Below, in pieces: positions 16,879 through 26,438 of a stretch of 30,698 nucleotides of DNA (within the stretch, counting starts at the first letter, position 1; each line of letters begins with the position of its first letter). The notes beneath the pieces are model-generated. The model saw only the letters and a list, made by a program, of their open reading frames with translations, searched no databases and had not been told where the DNA came from. The stretch lies in NCBI GenBank assembly GCA_045046875.1, contig JASFYY010000068.1, positions 1 to 30,698 of the forward strand, written 5' to 3'. Origin of the DNA: Verrucomicrobiota bacterium (GTDB taxonomy: Bacteria > Verrucomicrobiota > Verrucomicrobiia > Verrucomicrobiales > DEV007). Both the position numbers and the translations under genes were made by a program.

Positions 16879-18489
16879 TTAGCCAAATTGGGAGAGCACG
16901 GCGTAGATCAAAACGATGCAGATCAACACCGTGATAGAGGCGATTTTTGTGCCGCGCCAGGGAGTGAGGTCAACGGCTTTGACGTCTTGTTGCACCCAGG
17001 CGCTTTCACGTGGACGGATGGCGGTGAAGATGGCCATGAAGAGCATGAGCAAAACGAAGTTGATACCGGCGACATGCAACCAGTGGATGGGGTAGCCCAG
17101 CACGTCGCAGTTGTTGGAATTCTCGATTCGCATGTGGATGCCAAACCAGCCATAGAAGGCAAATCCACCAAAGAGGCAGATTTTCGCTGCCAGAGGTGGG
17201 ATGCGGGGCATGAAAATGCCGCCCAGGGTGATCGCCAGTAATGGGATGTTGTAGAGGGCGGCGAGACTTTTCATCAGGTCAAAGAGGCCGCCGGAAAAGG
17301 TGCTGATGAAGGGGGCCACGATGATGGCGGCGATGGCGGCGATGATGCCGAAGATTTTGCCCACTTTGACCATGTCGCTCTCGGAAGCTTCGGGTCTGAA
17401 GATACCTTTATACAGATCGACGCTGAAGAGGGTGGCCGCACTGTTTAACCCGGAATTAAAAGAGCTGAGAATGGCTCCGAAAATAACAGCACCAAAAAAT
17501 CCCAACATCCATTTGGGCAGCACGGTCTGGATGAGAGCGCCGTAGGCGTCATCGGAATTTGCCAAGCTGTCGCCCAAAAGGTGATAAGCTATAATTCCTG
17601 GCAGCACCAGATAGAAAGGGCCGAGCAGTTTCATTGCAGCGGCAAAGAGCAGGCCTTTTTGACCTTGGGCGAGACTGAGCGAGCCGAAGGTGCGCTGGAC
17701 GATGGCTTGATTGGTGCACCAGTAGTAGAGGTGTAACAACATCACCCCGGTGAACAAAGTGCCGAGCGGCAGGTTGTCATCGCTTTTGCCGATCGGGTTC
17801 AACAGTTCCGGGCGGGTTTCTGTCAGCGCGGTGAATCCCGCAGCGATGGATTCGTCACCGAGTTGATGCAGAGCGAAAAAGGGGATCAACAGACCACCGA
17901 CGAACAGCCCAATACCGTTGAGGGTATCGGAGACAGCGACGGCTTTGAGTCCGCCGAAGATGGCGTAGATCGAGCCGACGATGCCGAGTGCGGCAGCGGT
18001 GAGCCACAGCGCTCCGTTTTCACTGATGTTAAAAAGTTCTGCTATGTTGAATACTTTTACCATGAACAAAGCTCCGGAATAGAGCACAAAGGGCAGCAGA
18101 TTGGTGAGTAGAGAGAGCAGCAGCAATATCGAGATGATGATGCCGGTGCTTTTGTCGTAACGCGAGGCGAGGAACTCGGAGACGGTGGTGACTCCACCGC
18201 GCAGGTAGCGGGGTAGGAAAACCAGCGCCATGATGATCATCGCAACGGCGGCGAAGATCTCCCACGCGGCGACTTGCATACCGTGTTCGTAACCGCCGCT
18301 ATTGAGGCCGACGAGTTGCTCGGTGGAGAGGTTGGTCAGTAGCAGGGACCCGGCGATGACGACCCAGGTGAGCGAGCGACCACCGAGGAAATAACCGCTT
18401 TTGCTGGTGTGGTCGTCTTTGTGGGTGAGTCGCCAGGAGATGATGGCAACCAGGCCGGTGAAAAAGAGGAAGCTGAGTAGGGGGAGCAT
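16879..18489 (-). CDS. Solute:sodium symporter family transporter (YidK-like, probably sugar)
   Basis: GYFLGGRSL, SLLLTNLSTEQLVGLN, YAIFGGLKAVAVSD, YYWCTNQAIVQR, GAILSSFNSGLNS; many TM helices. Confidence 0.92.
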   Translation of the reverse strand: MLPLLSFLFFTGLVAIISWRLTHKDDHTSKSGYFLGGRSLTWVVIAGSLLLTNLSTEQLVGLNSGGYEHGMQVAAWEIFAAVAMIIMALVFLPRYLRGGVTTVSEFLASRYDKSTGIIISILLLLSLLTNLLPFVLYSGALFMVKVFNIAELFNISENGALWLTAAALGIVGSIYAIFGGLKAVAVSDTLNGIGLFVGGLLIPFFALHQLGDESIAAGFTALTETRPELLNPIGKSDDNLPLGTLFTGVMLLHLYYWCTNQAIVQRTFGSLSLAQGQKGLLFAAAMKLLGPFYLVLPGIIAYHLLGDSLANSDDAYGALIQTVLPKWMLGFFGAVIFGAILSSFNSGLNSAATLFSVDLYKGIFRPEASESDMVKVGKIFGIIAAIAAIIVAPFISTFSGGLFDLMKSLAALYNIPLLAITLGGIFMPRIPPLAAKICLFGGFAFYGWFGIHMRIENSNNCDVLGYPIHWLHVAGINFVLLMLFMAIFTAIRPRESAWVQQDVKAVDLTPWRGTKIASITVLICIVLIYAVLSQFG

Positions 18490-18514
18490 GGGGAAAGGAT
18501 TCAGGAGTTAGGAT

Positions 18515-20137
18515 TCAGGATTCAGAATTTTTTGGTTTGGATTGCGGGAGTTTAATGGAATCGGCGAGGAAGAGAAGGGCAAATGTGAGCCAAATGATCC
18601 AAGAGAGGGCGGGGATGTGCCAGAAGTAGCTGCGAGAGATGGCGAGATCTTGATGGAAATCGAGATAGGAGAGCGGCAACAGCCAGGAAAGCATGATCCA
18701 GGCGCGGCTGGGGAAGACGCATAAAAAGGGCATCACCCAAGTGTAATACCAGGGGAAGGCGGTGGGACTGAGGACAAACAGGGCAGCAATGATGATGAAG
18801 CAGCGTTTGAATAGATCCTGTTGATCACCCGCCGGGCGGAAGCTCTGCCCAGCGATGATCGTGATCAGGATGAGGGCGACGGTGATTTTGGCAGGCTGGA
18901 GATTGCCGGGTGAAATGGAGGTGATACTGAGCAGGCTCTGCTGGATCAGGGCAAAAAGTCCGGCGTTGTATTGCCAGTGTTGATTGTAAACACCGAGCCC
19001 GGCGAACACTTGTTGCGGACCGGCTTGGTTCCAGAAAAAGAATGGCAGGTAGGCGATCAGAATGATGGCGCTGAACAGAGTGTAACTTTTCCACTGTGAG
19101 AGGCGTGGGGGCAGCAGTAAGGGAAGCAGGATGACGGAGAAAAATTTGGCTAGCGTTCCCAGCGCGAGAGCGGCGGCGGTTTTGAGTTTGCGGGTTTGGC
19201 CGAGGGTAAAATAAATGGCGAGCAAGGTGAAGAATAAAGGCACGGCGTCGTAGTGGGCCGAGTTGGCGAATTCTTTGAGCACCAGTGGGGACCAGGCGTA
19301 AATGATGACCCAGGCAGGGTTGATTTTCAACTGACGCAGGATGGAGGTCAGCAATAGGATGATGAGCAGATCGAAGCTGAGCAGGACCATTTTGAGGCCG
19401 ATGAGGGAGTCGCCGAAAAGCCAGGAGGACAGGGCAAATACGGCTTGCGCGGTGGGCGGGTAGATGGTCGGCACGGCTTGATGGCTGACCCGCCGGTGCA
19501 ATATTGGGTTTTGATCACGTAGTTGCTGGAGTTGGCTGAGGATCTGCTTTTCGCTGGCGGCGAATTCACGCCCTCGCCAGGTAACGCTGTTATTAGACTC
19601 TTTAAAAGGAGTGGTGATTTTTTGCTCGTAGAGTTTGAGCGCGCCGGGTTCGTAGAGGAAGGGGTTGATACCGTGGGTGGCGCTTTTGCCGTCCCAGAGA
19701 TAACGGTAGAAATCACTTTCGTGAATGGGGACGCTGAACAGCAGGATGATTCTGAAAATCACTGAGAATAGCAGGATGAGCGGCAGGGGGGGAACGAGTG
19801 GGAATTTGAAGGGTTTGTTTTCCTGATCGGACAAGGATCGCTTGAGTTTGGCGAGCGGGATGATGGAGAGCAGGCAGAGCGCGGCGTAAATGAACAGGAA
19901 GGCGGTGAGAGGCATTTCCTGGTTGGGGGTTTCATAATGGAAACCATTGCCGAGCCTTTGAATCGGGTGAGTGAAGAGGTGGCCAGTGAGGGAATTGAGG
20001 ATTTTGAGCACCACAGGATGCAGGCCGTGGCTGAGGCAAGTGGTGATCAGGCAAAGCAGACTCATGGCACTGCCCGACCACAGAATCGCCGATCTGGCGG
20101 AGCGTGGTTGGGGGGTGATCGGAGCCGGAGTGGTCAT
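18515..20137 (-). CDS. GT-C fold membrane glycosyltransferase (GT87/DUF2029-like)
   Basis: ESDFYRYLWDG, NPF, TIYPP, YAWSPLVLKEFANSAHYD, LSPTAFPWY; multiple TM helices. Start set at ATG 20137 to avoid overlap with the divergent gene. Confidence 0.8.
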   Translation of the reverse strand: MTTPAPITPQPRSARSAILWSGSAMSLLCLITTCLSHGLHPVVLKILNSLTGHLFTHPIQRLGNGFHYETPNQEMPLTAFLFIYAALCLLSIIPLAKLKRSLSDQENKPFKFPLVPPLPLILLFSVIFRIILLFSVPIHESDFYRYLWDGKSATHGINPFLYEPGALKLYEQKITTPFKESNNSVTWRGREFAASEKQILSQLQQLRDQNPILHRRVSHQAVPTIYPPTAQAVFALSSWLFGDSLIGLKMVLLSFDLLIILLLTSILRQLKINPAWVIIYAWSPLVLKEFANSAHYDAVPLFFTLLAIYFTLGQTRKLKTAAALALGTLAKFFSVILLPLLLPPRLSQWKSYTLFSAIILIAYLPFFFWNQAGPQQVFAGLGVYNQHWQYNAGLFALIQQSLLSITSISPGNLQPAKITVALILITIIAGQSFRPAGDQQDLFKRCFIIIAALFVLSPTAFPWYYTWVMPFLCVFPSRAWIMLSWLLPLSYLDFHQDLAISRSYFWHIPALSWIIWLTFALLFLADSIKLPQSKPKNSES

Positions 20138-20237
20138 AGCTGGATTATAAATAGGGCAACGATAGCGAAAATGCAGGCAGGGCAAAGCTGAAATCTCCAC
20201 TTGCATGACCTGTGAAGGGCAAGTTAAGGTGGCGGCC

Positions 20238-21557
20238 ATGAAACTTACCCCATTCAAATCAATCACGACGGGAAATCTGTGTTTGGCTGTCGCCCTGATG
20301 AGCGCAGGTTCCGGACTTCAGGCGGAAGATGCCAAACCGCTATTTAATGGCAAGGACTTGTCGGGCTGGTATGGCCTGAACCCCCATCATTTGGTCAAGG
20401 TCGCGGAGGATAAAAAGAAAGCGGCGATTGAGGGTTATCAGGAAGAATTCAAGCAACATTGGTCGGTGGATAATGGCGAGCTGGTGAATGACGGGCATGG
20501 ACCTTACGCCACTACTGACAAGGAATACGGCGATATTGAGCTGGAGTTGGATTACAAAACGGTCGCCAAGGCTGATAGTGGGATTTATCTGCGCGGTGCA
20601 CCACAGGTGCAGATCTGGGATACCACCAAGGAAGGTGGGAAATGGGATCGCAAAGCCAATTTGGGTTCGGGCAGTCTTTTTAATAATTCGGACGGGGCTC
20701 CAGGCAAGCTGCCATTGGTGCATGCGGACAAACCTTTTGGAGAGTGGAATCATTTTAAGATCACTCAAATTGGAGCTCGCACGACCGTCATCTATAACGG
20801 AAAGTTAGTAGTTGATAATGCCATTATGGAGAATTACTGGGATAAAACCCGTGAGACTCCTCTGCCTGCAAAAGGGGTGATTCACTTGCAAACTCATGGC
20901 GGTGAGATCCGTTGGAAGAATATCAACTTACGTGAGATCGGGGTGGATGAAGCGAATAAAACTTTGCGTGGTTCGGATTCGGATCAGGGGTTTGTATCGG
21001 TGTTCAACGGCAAGGATTTGACCGGATGGCGTGGTGAGGTGGATAATTACGAGGTCAAGGATGGATCCATTATTTGCAAACCTGGAAAGGGTGGGGTGCT
21101 GTTCACTGCGGATGAATACGAGGATTTTGTGGTGCGTTTGGAGTTTAAAGTGCCGCCGGGTGGCAACAATGGTTTGGCGATTCGTTATCCCGGTGAAGGG
21201 CGTGCGGCTTATGACGGGATGTGTGAGCTCCAGGTTTTGGATAATGATGCTGAGAAATACAAAAAACTCGATAAACGCCAGTTTCATGGATCGGCTTATG
21301 CGATGGCAGCCGCTCATCGCGGTTACACCCGTCCGGCGGGCGAGTGGAATTATCAGGAAGTCACAGTGAAGGGATCAACCATCAAGGTGGAGGTCAACGG
21401 CACGGTGATTTTGGATACGGATCTCAGTAAAGTGACCGAGTTCATGAAAGGCAAAGCTCATCCTGGTAAGGATCGCAAACGCGGCCATTTCGGTTTTGCT
21501 GGTCACAATGATCCGGTGCTGTTCCGCAACATTGCGATCAAGCGCCTGGATAAATAA
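20238..21557 (+). CDS. Exported tandem DUF1080 (3-keto-disaccharide hydrolase-like) protein
   Basis: Two LFNGKDL(S/T)GW-type starts, DSGIYLRG / NNGLAIRY, QVQIWD / ELQVLD, GEWN, LQTHG / FAGH. Signal peptide follows ATG 20238. Confidence 0.9.
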   Translation: MKLTPFKSITTGNLCLAVALMSAGSGLQAEDAKPLFNGKDLSGWYGLNPHHLVKVAEDKKKAAIEGYQEEFKQHWSVDNGELVNDGHGPYATTDKEYGDIELELDYKTVAKADSGIYLRGAPQVQIWDTTKEGGKWDRKANLGSGSLFNNSDGAPGKLPLVHADKPFGEWNHFKITQIGARTTVIYNGKLVVDNAIMENYWDKTRETPLPAKGVIHLQTHGGEIRWKNINLREIGVDEANKTLRGSDSDQGFVSVFNGKDLTGWRGEVDNYEVKDGSIICKPGKGGVLFTADEYEDFVVRLEFKVPPGGNNGLAIRYPGEGRAAYDGMCELQVLDNDAEKYKKLDKRQFHGSAYAMAAAHRGYTRPAGEWNYQEVTVKGSTIKVEVNGTVILDTDLSKVTEFMKGKAHPGKDRKRGHFGFAGHNDPVLFRNIAIKRLDK

Positions 21558-21578
21558 ATCCGGGTATTTTAGAGGACG

Positions 21579-21656
21579 CCCGTAGGATGGGTGTCCTCAC
21601 CCGTCCTACGGGGGGGTGAAGAAATTTCACAGAAGCGGGTCGGAGGCCCGCGCTAC
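21579..21656. repeat. GTAG-type REP-like pair between convergent genes, possibly acting as a terminator
   Basis: Hairpin cccgtaggatgggtg-tcct-cacccgtcctacggg (21579-21612) and gcgggtcggaggcccgcgctac (21635-21656), which is nearly identical to 8135-8156. Confidence 0.75.
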
Positions 21657-21662
21657 GTGAGC

Positions 21663-22778
21663 TTAGGTGGGCAGGGCTTCGGGTTCGCTTTCTTCGTCGC
21701 TTAACAGTGGGATGAGGGCGGGGTCTTTGCGAATTTTCCGGCTGAGGATAACGAGCCAGAAAGGTAGGTTGACGAGGAAAATCCAGACGATTTTTTCGTT
21801 GTGGTAAAACATCAGTCCCATGATTTCGTCATTGAGCTGGTGAAAGCCGATAATCATCAGTCCGGTGATGGCGCACCAACCGCGACCAAACAGGGCAACA
21901 AACGCAAAGAGTTCCAGGCACAGCCCGCAACCCATGAAAACGCGGGTGAAGTTGGGGTGCTCCAGCATGTCGCTGGCCCAGCGGACTTTTGACTGGCCAA
22001 AATGTTTGGCGTCCATGTTGGTGTAATAATTTTGCCGATCCGTTTTTACCAACTGGATGCCGATGTAAGGGCTGTTTTTGATCCATTCGCCGTCGGATTT
22101 TATCAGTTTGATGTATCCGGCGATCATATAAAAACCTACGCAGAGCAGGATGGTGCTGTAGATGAAGTAGTCGCGCACGGTGCGCTGCCTGCGATCGACA
22201 AAGTGCCTCTTTTTGATCAGGCGGTAGATCCAGCCAAAGAGGATGATGCCGGTCTGGACCAGTAGGATGGCAGAAACCAACTGAAAGCCGTGATTGATGG
22301 CTCCCTGGGAATTGGACAGGGTGCGGCTGCCGATGCTGATGAAAGTGAGCAGCGGCAGGGTAATGGGCAAAGCAGTGCCCGAGGCGTAGAGCAAAATGGC
22401 AGGGATGACTATCCAGGGTAACAGGCTGACAAAGCGGTCGTTTGAGAAAAAGGTGAGATCGACCAGGCGGGCGATGCCGTTGGGAGAGGGCTGACTGTCA
22501 AAGGTCATGCGTTCGGAGCTGTTGGGGAGCAGCTCGACGATGGGCGGAAGAGGAGGACGGAACTGTTCGTTTTTCTCCTTGCTGCTGATGGCTGAATTGA
22601 TAGCAGGGAACAGACCCTGGGTCAGATTGGAAAAGGGTTTGCCCAGCGGCATGGTTTGATAAATAACAAAAGCGAAGAGGATGCGCATGGTGATCACTTC
22701 GTAACGGGAGAATTTCCATACCCGGAGGTTTTCCGAGATGCGTTTGAAGAGGTAGGGGAGTCGACGAAAAATATTCAT
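21663..22778 (-). CDS. HTTM / vitamin-K-dependent-carboxylase-like multi-pass membrane protein (copy A)
   Basis: YMIAGYIKL...GEW, LELFAF...GFH and INH motifs resemble HTTM/VKGC. Clear paralog of 24099-25058. The ORF is secure; the family call is by motif recall. Confidence 0.6.
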   Translation of the reverse strand: MNIFRRLPYLFKRISENLRVWKFSRYEVITMRILFAFVIYQTMPLGKPFSNLTQGLFPAINSAISSKEKNEQFRPPLPPIVELLPNSSERMTFDSQPSPNGIARLVDLTFFSNDRFVSLLPWIVIPAILLYASGTALPITLPLLTFISIGSRTLSNSQGAINHGFQLVSAILLVQTGIILFGWIYRLIKKRHFVDRRQRTVRDYFIYSTILLCVGFYMIAGYIKLIKSDGEWIKNSPYIGIQLVKTDRQNYYTNMDAKHFGQSKVRWASDMLEHPNFTRVFMGCGLCLELFAFVALFGRGWCAITGLMIIGFHQLNDEIMGLMFYHNEKIVWIFLVNLPFWLVILSRKIRKDPALIPLLSDEESEPEALPT

Positions 22779-22814
22779 AGCGTGCACTTGATGGCAGTGG
22801 AGTAAGGGATGGGC

Positions 22815-23435
22815 TCAGTGAGCAGGGTTTTGTTTTTTTGAGAGCCGGGCGATGAGGCTGGGTTTTTCAATGAAACCGCCATTCTCGGTATCGGGTTCGA
22901 TCCAGAATTCCACTAAGGCCAGAGCATCGGGCAGTTCGTTTTTCAGCGGGGCGGTTGATTTCATGGCTTGCTCCCGCACATAGGCCAGGAATTCTACGCC
23001 GATTTCCCGTTTTTGTTCGGCGTTCAGTTTTTGACGTTTGGTGCCATGTTTTTTGGCATAGGCATTCATCCTGGATTTAAACATCTTCTTGAGTGTCGGG
23101 GCGGTGAGCCCGGTATAGGGGTAGGAGGGCAGGGGTTTGCAAACCACGTCATTCAATTTAAAATAGGGGGTTTCAGCGGGGGAGTTGCCTTCAGCGGGGG
23201 GATTGGTGAGAGCAGCAAGTTCATCTTTGCCGGGAATGGAGGATAATACAAAGTAGTTCTCGCGGTCATCAGGATCGCTATACATGGGGAAATTGGAAAA
23301 AGGGTAATACTCTCCTATTGTCAGACTGAAAGAAACAAAGGCGATCAGTAGGGGGAAGGGATGGCGGAACCAAATGGCGCACCCTAAGCCCAGGGCTGCC
23401 AGAATATAAAGATTGCGGATGATTTCGTCAGACAT
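22815..23435 (-). CDS. Membrane-anchored partner protein with YPFSNFPMYS motif (copy A)
   Basis: Two N-terminal hydrophobic segments, then EYYPFSNFPMYSDPDDR. Paralog of 23578-24102. Start set at ATG 23435. Confidence 0.7.
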   Translation of the reverse strand: MSDEIIRNLYILAALGLGCAIWFRHPFPLLIAFVSFSLTIGEYYPFSNFPMYSDPDDRENYFVLSSIPGKDELAALTNPPAEGNSPAETPYFKLNDVVCKPLPSYPYTGLTAPTLKKMFKSRMNAYAKKHGTKRQKLNAEQKREIGVEFLAYVREQAMKSTAPLKNELPDALALVEFWIEPDTENGGFIEKPSLIARLSKKQNPAH

Positions 23436-23577
23436 AGATGATTTGATGAATAACAAATCACAGCTTGTGTTTCCCGTCGACCCCTTGTTTTGTGCGTGAG
23501 GCATCTAGCGTAAGAATGAGGCAATATTTGCAGTGTATTTGCTGTGGTGCTCGTACAGAATTCAGTGATACTAGGTT

Positions 23578-24102
23578 TTGAATCTCGACAAAATAAAACA
23601 GCTGTGTGATCACTGTCCGGGTTGGCTGGGCAGAATGGGGCGTTGGCTGTATCTTGCGCCGCTGATGGTGGCGGTTTTGCTGTGTTATTTGATCCAGGAT
23701 TTCTATCCGCTGTCACATTTTCCGATGTATTCGAAGTTTGATGACCGCACTTATTATGTCTATCTGCGAGGTGAAGACGGTGAGCCGGTAGCCGCGGTGC
23801 CTAATTTTAATATTTATACCTCCGATTTAAAAAAACATTACAGTCGCGATCTCAAAGCGTTGAAAAAGAAATTCAAAGGTTCCCATTTCGACTGGACGGC
23901 GGAACAGAAGTGGGCGGCAGGCATGGCGACCTTGGAATATTTGAAAAACGAACGCGCACCGAAGGTTTTTGCGAATGGAAAGTGGCAGGGCTTGAGTTTG
24001 ATCGATGTCAGAATCAAACGCGGAGCAGACGGTCGTTTGGAAAAACATGAATTGGTGGTGGGTCAGGTGGGATTGGCTGATTCGGGAGGGGATGCGAAAT
24101 GA
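23578..24102 (+). CDS. Membrane-anchored partner protein with YPLSHFPMYS motif (copy B)
   Basis: TM segment LYLAPLMVAVLLCYLI, then DFYPLSHFPMYSKFDDR. Its stop overlaps the next start (ATGA 24099-24102). The start codon is uncertain (TTG). Confidence 0.7.
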   Translation: MNLDKIKQLCDHCPGWLGRMGRWLYLAPLMVAVLLCYLIQDFYPLSHFPMYSKFDDRTYYVYLRGEDGEPVAAVPNFNIYTSDLKKHYSRDLKALKKKFKGSHFDWTAEQKWAAGMATLEYLKNERAPKVFANGKWQGLSLIDVRIKRGADGRLEKHELVVGQVGLADSGGDAK

Positions 24103-25058
24103 GAGCTTTGTTCAAAAATGAACTGGGTCAGATTCGCTATTCCGCCTGGGAGTGGTTGATCATGCGCTCGGTGTTTGTTTGGGTGGTGTGGGCGGCTACG
24201 TGGCAGAACCGTTGGTGGCCTTCGCAGATCACCATCGCTCCGTTTGAAAAACTGAGAGACCCGAATGGTTTGGCGTCATGGTTCGATTTGAGTGCCTTGG
24301 CGGACCCGCCGGTGACGGCGTTCATGGTGTGGCTGTTTTTGTTTTTGGCACTGTTGTATATCAGCGGTCGCTTGCCATTGTTGGCGACCGGGGGGCTGTT
24401 TTTGATTCATGCGCTGGTCGGCTCGATTCACAACTCGCCGCGCGGTCATCATCATGCCACCCAGGTGGTGGGGTTGATTCTGATGGGGCAGTTTGCTTTT
24501 TTTCTGTGGCGATGGGTACGGCGAAGTTTTTTTAAAAAAGGGGCGACAACTTCAGACAAAAAAGAAGAAGATTCGGCCATTGCCACCGGTGCGATCAATA
24601 TTTCGATGCAGATGATGTGTGCGGGTTATGTGGTATCGGCGATCAGCAAATGGATCAATTCTGGTGGAGGGTGGTTTCCGGGTGCACGGTGGGTGCAGCA
24701 GGTTCCCAATATCATCGTGCAGTTTTCGAAAAACGAGGCCCAGGCTTATTACGATACTTTACAGCCGCCGGTGAACCAGATGAACCAGTGGACGATCGAT
24801 TTTGTCAGCGATCACCCCTACGTGGCCATGACGGTTTTTGGTGCGGGTTTCTATCTTGAGCTGCTGTCTTTTTTAGCGTTGTTGAACCGGAGGTTGGCGC
24901 TGTTGTTCGGAGTAGGGCTGTTTTTGATGCACTCGATGATCTCGGAAATCATGCGGCTGAATTTTGTCTATTTTAAGATGATTCTGCTGCTGTTTTTTAT
25001 CAATCTGCCGTTTTGGATTTATCGCTTTGCCAAACGCAAACAAACGAGCAGTCTTTGA
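24099..25058 (+). CDS. HTTM / vitamin-K-dependent-carboxylase-like multi-pass membrane protein (copy B)
   Basis: PNGLASWFDL, HHHATQ, YVVSAISKW...GGW, LELLSF...MH, NLPFW. Paralog of 21663-22778. Confidence 0.6.
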   Translation: MRALFKNELGQIRYSAWEWLIMRSVFVWVVWAATWQNRWWPSQITIAPFEKLRDPNGLASWFDLSALADPPVTAFMVWLFLFLALLYISGRLPLLATGGLFLIHALVGSIHNSPRGHHHATQVVGLILMGQFAFFLWRWVRRSFFKKGATTSDKKEEDSAIATGAINISMQMMCAGYVVSAISKWINSGGGWFPGARWVQQVPNIIVQFSKNEAQAYYDTLQPPVNQMNQWTIDFVSDHPYVAMTVFGAGFYLELLSFLALLNRRLALLFGVGLFLMHSMISEIMRLNFVYFKMILLLFFINLPFWIYRFAKRKQTSSL

Positions 25059-25088
25059 CGCAGCGGATTTTTGTGAGAAACTGAGCTC

Positions 25089-26426
25089 ATGAAAATACGG
25101 ATCAAAGGATTTATCGCACTGTGTGTTTTATTGGTTTTTACGGTTTCGAGTGGATGGGCGCAGTCACAAAAAATGATTCTGGAGAAACGGGATCAGGATT
25201 ATGCTTATCTTTTTGATTTGTATCAGCATTTGCACCGCAATCCCGAACTTTCTTTTCACGAAGAAAAAACCTCCCAACGCATAGCCAGGGAGTTGCGACA
25301 AGCAGGTTTTGAGGTGACTCAAAAAGTGGGGGGATTTGGCCTGGTGGGGGTTCTCAAAAACGGCGAGGGGCCGACGATTCTGTTACGCACGGATCTTGAT
25401 GGTTTGCCGGTTAAAGAAGAAAGCGGCAAACCCTACGCAAGCAAAACCCAGACCAAGGATGATGCCGGTAAGGAGGTTTCGGTGATGCACGCTTGCGGGC
25501 ACGATATTCATATGACCACTTTTGTAGGTGCGGCTCGTTTGCTGGCGGACATCAAGGATCAGTGGAGTGGAACTTTGGTGATGATTGCCCAAGCAGCTGA
25601 GGAACGCAGTGCAGGCGCGCGGGCGATGTTGGATGATGGTTTGTTTGAGCGTTTTCCTAAACCGGATTTTTGTGTAGCTCAGCATGTATCGGCTACTTTG
25701 GAAGCAGGAAAAGTGGCTTATGTGAAAGGGTATTCGATGGCCAATGTGGATTCGGTGGATATCACCGTGCGTGGCATCGGCGGGCACGGCGCGGCTCCTC
25801 ATTCGACCAAGGATCCTGTGGTTCTGGCTGCTCAAATTGTAATGGCTTTACAGACGATTGTGAGTCGCGAAACCAAACCCACTGATGATGCGGTGGTGAC
25901 AGTGGGATCAATCCATGGGGGCACCAAACACAATATCATTCCCAATGAAGTGAAATTGCAACTGACACTGCGTTCGTATAAAGACGAGGTCAGACATCAC
26001 ACCATTGCTGCGATCAAAAGGATCTGCAAAGGCATGGCAGAGGCGGCTGGATTGCCGCAGAATTTGCTGCCTATCGTGGAGGTGAAGAAGAAATTCACGC
26101 CATCCACTTATAACGACCCCATGTTGGTTGAACGATTGAGTGCGGATTTAGCGTCACTGCTGGGCAAGGAGAATGTGGTCAGCACCGATCCGGTGATGGC
26201 CGGTGAGGATTTCAGCGAATACGGCCGGACAGAGGACAAGATTCCAATTTGTCTTTTCTGGTTGGGCGGAGTTAAGGTCGGCGACGTGAAAAAAAGCAAG
26301 GACAGTGGGGTGCCATTGCCGTCGTTGCATTCCTCTCTGTTTGCCCCCGATCCGGAACCGACGATCAAAACAGGTGTAGCGAACCTGAGCTCCGCGGTAT
26401 TGAGTTTGGCAGGGAAGGGGAAGTGA
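25089..26426 (+). CDS. M20 family amidohydrolase (hippurate-hydrolase-like) with signal peptide
   Basis: HRNPELSFHE, LRTDLDGLP, MHACGHD, AEE, GGHG, GEDF, LHS. Confidence 0.92.
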   Translation: MKIRIKGFIALCVLLVFTVSSGWAQSQKMILEKRDQDYAYLFDLYQHLHRNPELSFHEEKTSQRIARELRQAGFEVTQKVGGFGLVGVLKNGEGPTILLRTDLDGLPVKEESGKPYASKTQTKDDAGKEVSVMHACGHDIHMTTFVGAARLLADIKDQWSGTLVMIAQAAEERSAGARAMLDDGLFERFPKPDFCVAQHVSATLEAGKVAYVKGYSMANVDSVDITVRGIGGHGAAPHSTKDPVVLAAQIVMALQTIVSRETKPTDDAVVTVGSIHGGTKHNIIPNEVKLQLTLRSYKDEVRHHTIAAIKRICKGMAEAAGLPQNLLPIVEVKKKFTPSTYNDPMLVERLSADLASLLGKENVVSTDPVMAGEDFSEYGRTEDKIPICLFWLGGVKVGDVKKSKDSGVPLPSLHSSLFAPDPEPTIKTGVANLSSAVLSLAGKGK

Positions 26427-26438
26427 GAAACTAAATGG

